Below, piece after piece: positions 1-9,015 of a stretch of 19,581 bases of DNA. Numbering within the stretch: the first letter of the stretch is position 1; every line of letters begins with the position of its first letter. The stretch spans positions 1 through 19,581 of the forward strand of contig NW_021824172.1 of the NCBI RefSeq assembly GCF_006345805.1, given 5' to 3'. Source of the DNA: Octopus sinensis. Taxonomy: Eukaryota. The notes beneath the pieces were generated by a model, which saw only the letters and a list, made by a program, of their open reading frames with translations, was not told where the DNA came from and ran no database searches. The position numbers and the translations under genes were made by a program.

Positions 1-192
1 TGTTATATCCAAGGGAAAGGCAAAGACCGATACAGCTTGGCACTAGTGACGTCACAATTAATTTCTACAGCTGAGTGAAGCAACGTCAAATTGAGCGTCT
101 TGCTCAAGAACGTAAAACACAGCCTTGTCCGGGAATCGAACTCGCTACCTCATGATTCTGAGCCAGATTCTCTTACGACTGAGCCATGAGCA
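1..192 (-). mobile_element. tRNA-derived SINE (family B, CORE-like body), 5' part; the 3' part runs off the window start
   Basis: Minus strand has an A box TGGCTCAGTCG (176-186) and a B box GAGTTCGATTCCC (131-143). These are followed by TTCTTGAGCAAGACGCT..TTGACGTTGCTTCACTCAGCTG, which resembles the CORE-type SINE body. Bases 1-64 match 16601-16665. Confidence 0.8.
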
Positions 193-254
193 TGGCCAAA
201 TATGTTTTCGGTAATAAGTAATATTGAGAGCCACAATACTAGCCTAAATCTTCT

Positions 255-639
255 TTTCTTTTCTGCTCGGGGCATAAGGCCCGAAATTTTGGGGAAGGAA
301 ACCAGTGAGCAGCTGGTACTTGATTTATTGACCCCGAAAGGACGTAAAGGCAAAGTCGACCTCGGCGGAATTTGAACTCAGAACGTAGCGGCAGACGAAA
401 GACCTATTTCTTTATTACCCACAAGGGGATAAACACAGAGATGGGACAAACAAGGACAGACAAACGGATTAAGTCGATTACATCGACCCTAGTGCGAAAC
501 TGGTACTTAATTTATCGACCCCGAAAGGATGAAAGGCAAAGTCGACCTCGGTGGTATTTGAACTCAGAACGTAGCGGCAGACGAAATACCGCTAAGCATT
601 TCGCCCGGCGTGCTAACGTTTCTGCCAGCTCGGCGCCTT
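255..639 (-). mobile_element. tRNA-derived SINE family A, copy 1 (head plus one internal ~186-bp repeat)
   Basis: Minus-strand head GGCGCCGAGCTGGCAGAAACGTTAGCACGCCGGGCGAAATGC with B box GAGTTCAAAT. The B-box module recurs at a 186-bp period (GTCGAC at 355 and 541). Homologous to 17069-17468 and 19523-19581. Confidence 0.9.
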
Positions 640-645
640 TAAATA

Positions 646-1421
646 TACTTTTCTACCCTAGGCACAAGGCCCAAATTTGGTGGGGAGGGGACCAGCCGAT
701 TAGATCGACTCCAGTACGCAAATAGTTCTCAATTAATCGACCTCGAAAGGATGAAAGGCAAAGTCATCCTCGGTGGAATTTAAACTCAGAACGTAACGGC
801 AGACGAAATACCTATTTCTTTATTACCCACAAGGGGTTAAACACAGAGAGGGGACAAACAAGGACAGACAAACGGATTAAGTCGATTATATCGATCCCAG
901 TGCGCGTAACTGGTACTTAATTTATCGACCCCGAAAGGATAAAGGCAAAGTCGATCTCGGCGGAATTTGAACTCAGAACGTAGCGGCGGACGGAAATACC
1001 TATTTCTTTCTATCCACAAGGGGTTAAACACAGAGAGGGGACAAACAAGGAACAGACAAACGGAATTAAGTCGATTATATCGATCCCAGTGCGCGTAACT
1101 GGTACTTAATTTATCGACCCCGAAAGGATGAAAGGCAAAGTCATCCTCGGTGGAATTTAAACTCAGAACGTAACGGCAGACGAAATACCTATTTCTTTAC
1201 TACCCACAAGGGGTTAAACACAGAGAGGGGACAAACAAGGACAGACAAACGGATTAAGTCGATTATATCGATCCCAGTGCGCGTAACTGGTACTTAATTT
1301 ATCGACCCCGAAAGGATAAAGGCAAAGTCGATCTCGGCGGAATTTGAACTCAGAACGTAGCGGCAGACGAAATACGGCTATGCATTTCGCCCGGCGTGCT
1401 AATGTTTCTGCCAGGTCGGCG
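646..1421 (-). mobile_element. tRNA-derived SINE family A, copy 2, expanded to four B-box modules
   Basis: Same head (1375-1421) and tail (646-720) as the other copies. Modules lie at ~763, 950, 1140 and 1327 (spacing 187/190/187). Confidence 0.9.
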
Positions 1422-1574
1422 CGTTTCGGAGCATAAATATTGCAACAGCAAACATGGCGAATTGTTGCTTTTTATCTTTTCATCAATAAGCTACTTAAGC
1501 GTATTTAACAATACAAACCGTGAATCACCTTTAAGACCGTTTAAAATAGATTATTAGTATTGTTGTTGTTGTGT

Positions 1575-1754
1575 TTGCTGGTGTTATATATACTCGTATA
1601 TATGTATATGCTCCGATCCACTCGCATATGTATATATATATATGTGTGTGTGTGTGTGGTGTGTGTGTGTGTGTGTTTGAATGTGCGTGTGTGTGTGTGT
1701 GCGTGTGTGTTATGTGTAGATGTGTAACTACGTATGTAATGATATGTATATGAA

Positions 1755-1793
<39 letters not shown>

Positions 1794-1894
1794 ATATATA
1801 GATTTGTATGCGGGTATGTATGGGTAGACGAGTATGTAATTCCCTCCCTCGCACACTCTCTTTCTTTCGCTCTCTCTCTCCTCTCTCTCTCTGT

Positions 1895-1936
<42 letters not shown>

Positions 1937-2117
1937 TGTATGGAGAGAGAGAGAGGGGGGGAAGTGAGAGAGAGATGCCTAAAATTATATACATGGATTC
2001 ATACATACATATGTACATATGTATGTATGAATAAGTATATAAAAACGTGTGTGTAAGTAAATGTGTGAATATATATATATATTATATACATTTATATATA
2101 TATTAATATATATATAT

Positions 2118-2160
<43 letters not shown>

Positions 2161-2422
2161 TATATTTATATTTATATATATATATATATATATGAATTTG
2201 TATATATATATATGAATTTGTATATATATATATATTTATATATATATTCACATATATTATGTAAGTATATAGGAATGTATACACCATATACATGTATATA
2301 TATATACATATGTATGTGTATGCGTATACTATATATATATATATATTATATATATATATATGTATGTATGTATATAGAAGGAGATAAATTGATACGTTTT
2401 CAAATAACAAAACATGCATATA

Positions 2423-2463
<41 letters not shown>

Positions 2464-2520
2464 GCGTGTGTGTGTGTGTGTGCGTGTGCGTGTGTGTGAG
2501 TGACTGAGTGTGTGTGTGTG
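1575..2520. repeat. Compound (TA)n/(TG)n/(TC)n/(GA)n microsatellite block
   Basis: Read directly; it explains all the YI/CV/HT-rich ORFs here. Confidence 0.95.
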
Positions 2521-2690
2521 AGACTTTGCGAGAAGATGGCGAGTTGGGTAAGTGAGCGAAAAGCAAAAAAAACAAAGAACCGAAAAAGAATTTCCAATTC
2601 ATTCTCTATGAAAACACTTCAAATGTTGCGATGTGTTTTAATTCTCCCATCACTTCCGTTGCTAATGCTTCCATTGTTGTCGTTCTCAAC

Positions 2691-2754
2691 ATGCATTCAC
2701 TGCACAATGCATTATGTGTGATACTGTGCATGCGACATTGTGCAATGAATGCAT
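2691..2754 (-). other. Inverted repeat with 19-bp arms and a 26-nt spacer
   Basis: ATGCATTCACTGCACAATG (2691-2709) vs CATTGTGCAATGAATGCAT (2736-2754), 18/19 complementary. The single mismatch becomes a G-U wobble on the minus strand. Confidence 0.75.
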
Positions 2755-2824
2755 ATTGGGTTAGTGTTTAAATGCAGCCCCAGAGCCATTTTCCACATGG
2801 GAAGGTGGCCATTTTTTGTGCATA

Positions 2825-3714
2825 CATACAAGTATATATATATATATATATATATATCTATGTGGTGTGTGCGTATGTATATATACTCATGCATATATGT
2901 ATATACATATACATATATACACAAACACATATATATGTATACATATGTATATAATATATACACACCCATATAAATATATATATACATATATATATACATA
3001 TATATATACATATATATATACATATATACATACACATATATATACATACACATATATATACACATACACACACATATACATATATATATACACATATATA
3101 TATATATACACACACATATATATATGTACATACATGTATATATATTATATATATATATATACACATACATATACATACATGCATATATATATATGCACAT
3201 ATATATATACGCACATATATATATATACACACATTTATATACACATATATATATGCATAGATATATACATACATACACATATACATACACGCACACATAT
3301 TTATATGTATATGTATTTATATGTGTATGAGTGTGTTTGTGTGTGTGTGTGTGTATGTGTGTGACTGCGTATACATGTCTATGAATGGTTTCTATGTATG
3401 CGTGTATGTTTGTGTATGTATGTATGTGTATGTGTTCGTATGTGTGTTTGGATTTGTATGTTGGTTTGCGTGTGTTTGTAAGTTTTTACTTGTAAATTTA
3501 TTTGTTATTTATTTTTGATTTTTTAATGCAATTTCTTGTTGCTGCCTGTGTTGTTGTTGTTTTGTTGTTGTTCTTGTTGTTGCTCTTGTTTAAATGTACT
3601 TATGTTGCCGTTAATGTATTTTGTGATTAAATACGTACATGCACACATAATACATGTATACATGTGGGTATATGTGTATATATATATATGTGTGTGTGTG
3701 TGCGTGTATATATA

Positions 3715-3767
<53 letters not shown>

Positions 3768-3869
3768 TATATATTATATATTATATATATATATTATACA
3801 ATATATATATATATATTTATATATATACTTATATATATTTATCTAATATATGTATATATGTATGTATGT

Positions 3870-3936
<67 letters not shown>

Positions 3937-3995
3937 TGTGTGTGTGTGTGTGTGTGTGTAGGTACGTACGTATGTCTGTATGTATGTAAGCTGAA
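2825..3995. repeat. Compound (TA)n/(CA)n/(TG)n microsatellites, including (GATA)n at ~3870-3936
   Basis: Read directly. Confidence 0.95.
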
Positions 3996-4283
3996 GCATA
4001 TGTACATACACGTGCACCTGCAAACACATCCACAACACAGGGTTAACATGAAGAGAGGTGTACTTCAAGGAGACATCCTATCACCATTGCTGTTTGTGAT
4101 TGTGTGACACCCCTCACACAGATACTACGGAAAGTGACATCGAGATATTCCTTGAAAAGTGGAAGAAAATTAAATTATCTGAAAAGGTCTTTGGAAAGAC
4201 CAAACGCGAAATAGTTTCAACAGTGCAGATATTCAATAAGGATATCAGAATGGAATTTGAGACTAAAAAGTGTGATATGCTTA

Positions 4284-4363
4284 TAATACGAAGAGGGAAA
4301 GTAGTGTCGTCTGCTGATGTAGAGCTACCCAACGTCGAGAAAATCAAGGATATTGAGACTAAT
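4284..4363 (+). repeat. Left copy of an ~80-bp target-site duplication (right copy 4776-4856)
   Basis: TAATACGAAGAGGG...GAGACTAAT is repeated as TAATACAAAGAGGG...GTGACTAAT with 4 substitutions and 1 indel, abutting the SINE on both sides. Confidence 0.9.
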
Positions 4364-4775
4364 ACTCTTTTTACTTGTTTACTCTTTTACTTGTTTCAGT
4401 CATTTCACTGCGGCCATGCTGGAGCACCGCCTTTAATCGAGCATATCGACCCCAGGACTTATTCTTTTTGTAAGCCCAGTACTTATTCTATCGGTCTCTT
4501 TTGCCGAACCGCTAAGTAACAGGGACATAAACACACCAGCATCGGTTGTCAAGCAATGCTAGGTGGACAAACACAGACACACAAACACTCATATATATAT
4601 ATATACATATATACGACGGGCTTCTTTCAGTTTCCGTCTACCAAATCCACTCACAAGGCTTTGGTCGGCCCGAGGCTATAGTAGAAGACACTTGCCCAAA
4701 GTGCCACGCTGTGGGACTGAACCCGAACCGTGTGGTTGGTAAGCAAGCTACTTACCACACAGCCACTCCTGCGCC
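4364..4775 (-). mobile_element. Full-length tRNA-derived SINE family C (CORE-like, probably of the octopus OR type), nested in the LINE
   Basis: Minus-strand head AGGCGCAGGAGTGGCTGTGTGG (A box) and GGTTCAGTCCC (B box). Contains GTGGCACTTTGGGCAAGTGTCTTCTAC (CORE-like), an internal (TA) tract, and a tandem AAACAAGTAAAAGAGT tail at 4364-4396. Confidence 0.88.
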
Positions 4776-5275
4776 TAATACAAAGAGGGAAAGTAGTGTC
4801 GTCTGCTGGTGTAGAGCTACCCAAACGGCGAGAAAATCAAGGATATTGTGACTAATGGATATAAATATCTGGGTATTTTGGAATATGTTAAAATCAAGGA
4901 ATGTGAAATGAAGGAAAGCTATAGGCGAGGACATCCCAGAAGAAACGAATTAATTATGGGAAGAAGTCTCAATGGAAAAAAGGAAGATCAGGGCAATGAA
5001 CACATGGGCTGTTTGTTTCCTTAATGCGATATGGCACAGATGTTGTTGGGCGGATAAAGAAAGAGCTTGGGGAAATGGACAGGAAAACCAGAAAAGTGAT
5101 GACAATTAATAAGGAACTACAGCCAAAAAGCGATACTGACGGGTAGTATCTCTCTCGGAACAAGGGGGGAACAGACCTCATAAAATGCAACATCTGTGTT
5201 AAGAGAAGAACAGTCAGGGATGATACGCCAAACAGCAGAGTGAATTCTTGCCGTAGTTAGAATTAACAATACAAT

Positions 5276-5808
5276 CTATCTATCTATTCGCTCAGTCGAA
5301 GTCAATTCTCGGTTACTCGTTGGATCAGTGTCCTCCAGTCAGTTCTATCCTGGGCCGCTTCGTTCAGATTGGCTATGTCCATTCCGGTATCCCTCTTGAT
5401 GGTGTCAAGCCAGCGGGTTCTTGGTCGGCCTCTTCCTCTCTTGCCACTGACCATTCCGAGCATGATGTCCTTCTCCAGGGATTTTCTCCGAATAACATGA
5501 CCGAAATATGCCAATCTATGCTTGGTGATCCTAGCTTCTAGCGACATTTTCGGCCTGATCTGCTTAAGAACTTCTCCATTGGTGAGCCTCGCTGTCCATG
5601 GAATCCGTAAAAGTCTTCTCCAACACCAAAGCTCGAATGCATTAATTCTCTTCTGGTCAGCTTTCTTTAGTGTCCAGGTCTCGCATCCATACGTTGCCAT
5701 TGGGAAGACAATTGCATTCACCAATCTGCATTTGGTAGCGAGTCTGATGTCTCTACTCTTCCAGACCCTGCTCATGCTGACCATTGCCTCTCTGCCTAGT
5801 ACTATCCG
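5276..5808 (-). mobile_element. 5'-truncated RTE-clade (BovB-like) LINE: ORF C-terminus plus (ATAG)n tail
   Basis: Open frame RIVLGREAM...YGCETWTLKKADQKRINAFELWCWRRLLRIPWTA...YFGHVIRR.SLEKDIMLG...RGRGRPRTRWLD...DRTDWR. The tail is GAATAGATAGATAG. Exact 9-bp TSD CAATACAAT at 5267-5275 and 5809-5817. Confidence 0.95.
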
Positions 5809-6689
5809 CAATACAATACCTACCGAAAATATGATGCACCCACAAACATATAAGAAACAAGGGAAAGAAGATGGTATAAAAAAATGGAAAATGAAATCAC
5901 TGCGCAGGCAATAATACCTCAGAGAAATTGAAGGAACAGACAAGACCAACACTTGGAGATGGTTAAGAAAAAGTGATCTGGAATGATGCATTGAGGTATT
6001 GATGATATTCAGTGCCCAGAAACAAGCTCTGAGAATTAATTACACCAAGTCCCTAAGAGATAAGAGCAGCGAATCGCCCCTTTGTAGGATGTGTGGCAGC
6101 AGAAATGAAACAATCTCACATATTGTGAGTGAGTGTAGCAAGCTGGCCTAGAAGCACTAAAAAAGGAGACACGATAATTGTGGTTAAGTTTGTTCATTGG
6201 AGGCTATGTGAAAAGTACGGCCTGAACAGAGCACGGAAATGGTACGAATATGAACCAGTAGAGGTCACCAAGAACAAGGAATATAAGATACTGTGAGATT
6301 TTACAATCAAATGTGACTCCCTAATTGATACTCGGAGACCAGATGTTGTTGTGGTAGAAGGAAAAAAAGGGGGAACAAGAAAAAAGGGGGGAAAAAAGAA
6401 AAAAAGGAAACAAATCATAGATATAGCAATACCTGGAGATGACTGCATAAATGACAAAGAACTAGAAAATACTGGAAAGTAGAGACTACTAAAAGACAGA
6501 ATTGCAAGAATGTGGACCACGAGGAGAGTGTCTGTCATTCCAGGAGCTGTTGGGGTACTCGGAGCACTAACAACCAAGTTCTAGAAATATGTCAGAGACA
6601 TGGGAATTGCCATGAGAGCAGAGTAAGCCCAAAACTGTCCGACGAACGGGAACGTGAAACTCTGAGTAAAAGCTTTTGCTGTATTTCTG

Positions 6690-6690
6690 C

Positions 6691-6745
<55 letters not shown>
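6690..6745. repeat. (TA)n microsatellite
   Basis: Read directly. Confidence 0.95.
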
Positions 6746-6747
<2 letters not shown>

Positions 6748-6748
<1 letters not shown>

Positions 6749-6900
6749 GGGAGAGTTTACGAAAAAAACAAAAGACGAAGACAGGTGGTGTACAAAACAA
6801 ACAGATGTATTAGTATAACGCTCAGGAATAGAAAACGTCTTTTACGTTTCAAGCCTACGCTCTTCTACAGAAAGGGACAGAAAAACAAGGAGAGAAACAA
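6748..6900 (-). mobile_element. Probable Penelope-like element terminal (pLTR) fragment with a degenerate minimal hammerhead at 6839-6874
   Basis: Minus strand reads CTTT-CTGTAGA-A-GAG-CGTAGG-CTT-GAAA-CG-TA-AAAG, the layout of minimal PLE hammerheads. Flanked by (TA)n and (TG)n. Confidence 0.5.
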
Positions 6901-6902
6901 AT

Positions 6903-6921
6903 ATGTGTGTGTGTGTGTGTG

Positions 6922-6991
<70 letters not shown>

Positions 6992-7005
6992 AGAGTGTGT
7001 GTGTG
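6903..7005. repeat. (TG)n microsatellite
   Basis: Read directly. Confidence 0.95.
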
Positions 7006-7019
7006 TACCTTATATCAAT

Positions 7020-7205
7020 GGAGAATAGATGCCGAGAAAATGTGGAATACGAAAGCCAAAGTGGTACCAATTCTGATTGGAGCACTTGGGTCGTGATGAA
7101 ATCTTCCTTGGCACAACTGGATTCTGTCCTAGCCTTACGATAGTGCAAAAGAAAACAATTCTGGGAAACAGAAAATATCCTGCAGAAAGTATTGTCGCTC
7201 TGAGG
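7020..7205 (+). mobile_element. 3'-terminal fragment of a second, different RLE-type LINE
   Basis: Translation gives [20 protein letters not shown], then [23 protein letters not shown]. This is the typical C-terminus (..IQK..LLGT..ILRKVLS*) of R4/Dong-like ORFs. Confidence 0.65.
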
Positions 7206-7764
7206 AAACACAAATTCATAGGGAGTCAATATTCACGATCCAATATTCACGAGATCCTCACTGTGCAAATGAAGGAATAATAATGGCTTCTCATTAACGT
7301 ACGAGGCCAGCAATTTCGAAGAGTGAGGTGTGGTTTATAACAATGACACCCGAATATATGACTGGTACTTTATTTTATCGTATATTTAGAGTACCTACGT
7401 TGATCACAGTTCCATAGCTTTGTATTTTTTTTATTTTTCATCTCTTGGGAGAATAATGAATATAACAAACCAAATATGTACTAATTCTCATACGCATATA
7501 CAGGTACACACACCTGTAGACATCTTCACAGCTATACACAGATATATTTGTTTGTGTGTGTGTGTGTGTATATATATATTTGGTTGATAGGCATATAGAA
7601 TGGATACAGGAGGAGTCGCATGTACCAGTTATAAATGCCGGTAAACCTTAGTGTGTGTATATAAAAACTCCAGTTAGTTTGATTTACTTCCCTTAGTCTA
7701 TCTTCACATCGGTAAATCTGTATGTCTCTACACAAACTGCATTTCCCCTTTATTCTCCTTTATT

Positions 7765-7900
7765 TCATACACACATATATACACACACATATATACACAC
7801 ACACACATATATACACACACACATATATACACACACACATATATACACACACACATATATACACACACATATATACACACACACATACATATACATATAT
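7765..7900. repeat. Higher-order (CA)m(TA)n minisatellite with a 14-18 bp unit
   Basis: Repeated ACACACAC(AC)ATATAT units. Confidence 0.85.
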
Positions 7901-7960
7901 GTGGCGTTCAGATGAGTGTACTGGTATTGATGTGGCAACATTTGAAATATTCTCTAGGTA

Positions 7961-8033
7961 AATGCAGCTGATGAAGACTAATCAAATTTACGTTGTCAAA
8001 CGTATTTGAAGAGTTAGAAACCGGTCCTGCATT
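7961..8033 (+). ncRNA. Type I hammerhead ribozyme motif (near-canonical core, GUC cleavage triplet)
   Basis: Stem I AATGCAG/CTGCATT (7 bp); core CTGATGA (7968-7974); long stem II hairpin (7976-8015); GAAA (8017-8020); minimal palindromic stem III ACCGGT; C17 at 8026. Confidence 0.8.
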
Positions 8034-8217
8034 ATCCGATTCTAGGTTGTCCATTTATCGAATGTTCTTCCTAGGGGTAAGACAATTATTTTTCATGTTT
8101 GTTGCACACACGCGTCTCTGCGAGTATATACGCAGTGAAGCTATACAATAGCGTCGTATTTATATCGATTGCTATTTTCCAATAAATATTGGTGCCTTGT
8201 TGTACCATTTATCTACT

Positions 8218-8218
8218 T

Positions 8219-8249
<31 letters not shown>

Positions 8250-8257
8250 GTGTGTGT

Positions 8258-8308
<51 letters not shown>

Positions 8309-8332
8309 TGTGTGTGGTGTGTGTGTGTGTGT
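8218..8332. repeat. (TA)n/(TG)n microsatellite between the two convergent hammerheads
   Basis: Read directly. Confidence 0.95.
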
Positions 8333-8418
8333 TATAAGGATGAAAAGAACACACGAGTTGATATATATGAAAAAATAAGCCAAAATAGAAAATGCTAAAA
8401 TATTTATTATAAAGAACA

Positions 8419-8462
8419 TTTCAGTACCGGTTTCAGTCATTTTGAGACCTTTTCAACTGTAA
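8419..8462 (-). ncRNA. Minimal type I hammerhead ribozyme motif, U3-A8 variant (GUA triplet)
   Basis: Minus strand reads CAG-TTGAAAA-GGTC-TCAAAAT-GACT-GAAA-CCGG-TA-CTG, with AATAAA ~20 nt downstream (plus-strand TTTATT 8403-8408). Confidence 0.7.
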
Positions 8463-8769
8463 CGATTAAATAATTAAATTTAGAAAAATTAAAAGAAATG
8501 TTTTTTTAAAGGAATATTTGTATAGTGTTCAAATATAAGTGGCATTTTCCTTGTTTCTGCCTTGCTCTGTCGCTCTTGTTCACACTTGTGGGTTCGAACG
8601 ACCATTTAAGCATATATGGCATACTCCCCTCTTTTAAACACCATATGCATTTAGCTAGGAACGTGATGTTGCGTCTCTCTGATATCCTAAAGGACCTATA
8701 ATTGCTAAGATGATGACTTGAATGGGCCGCCTCTAGAACCAACATATTTCCATGTCTGTGTTACTGTTA

Positions 8770-9015
8770 TTGTTGTCGGTGTCGCTGCCAACCAAAACCA
8801 CTACGACCATCACTATCGCAACGGAAACTACCAACATCTCAACCACCATCACTGCTACCACCACAACCACTATCACCACCACCCCAACCATCACTGCCAC
8901 CACCACCTCAACCACCACCACAACCACCATCACCGCCACCAACACCATCACTGTCACCATCGCTAACACCACAACCACCAGTGCTGCCACCTACACTTCA
9001 ACCACCACCACAGCT
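8770..9015. repeat. Degenerate (CAC/ACC)n trinucleotide repeat
   Basis: Read directly; source of the poly-H/T/V ORFs. Confidence 0.9.

Larger units (their letters stand above)
4038..6635 (+). mobile_element. Decayed 3' half of an RLE-type non-LTR retrotransposon (R4/Dong-like): RT, CCHC knuckle and PD-(D/E)xK endonuclease
   Basis: Manual translation across stops and frameshifts gives KRGVLQGDILSPLLFVI, VSTVQIFNKDIRMEFETKKC, GYKYLGILE, KIRAMNTWAV, EMDRKTRKVMT, CRMCGSRNETISHIVSEC (CX2CX8HX4C, 6083-6136), KRRHDN, RRPDVVVVE...IIDIAIPGD and VIPGAVGVLGAL. Interrupted by insertions at 4364-4775 and 5276-5808. Confidence 0.9.

Noticed and set aside
131-192. tRNA-like A/B boxes here and at other SINE heads
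   Set aside because: These are SINE promoters followed by SINE bodies; no complete cloverleaf, so not called as tRNA genes.
205-250. Loose similarity to 1423-1465 (TTTCGG..ATAA..ATATTG), a possible long TSD around the SINE pair
   Set aside because: Only patchy identity in AT-rich sequence; cannot be distinguished from chance.
646-1421. CRISPR-like or satellite appearance of the ~188-bp repeats
   Set aside because: Units are contiguous with no unique spacers, belong to a SINE with head and tail, and the context is eukaryotic with no cas genes.
2521-2553. Possible 25-bp micro-exon (AG...GG|GTAAGT) containing a YY1-like AAGATGGCG
   Set aside because: The acceptor is preceded by (TG)n with no pyrimidine tract; no supporting neighbouring exons; short motifs occur by chance.
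2785-2818. 10-bp hairpin followed by a T-run (terminator-like or histone-stem-loop-like)
   Set aside because: Eukaryotic context; does not match the histone stem-loop consensus; expected by chance.
1531-3877. Many 60-205 aa ORFs rich in YI/CV/HT
   Set aside because: Translations of dinucleotide microsatellites that lack stops by composition; no domain signal.
5809-5991. N-terminal 61 aa of the 229-aa minus-strand ORF
   Set aside because: Lies outside the RTE TSD; it is the antisense of the host RLE LINE and is fused in frame by chance.
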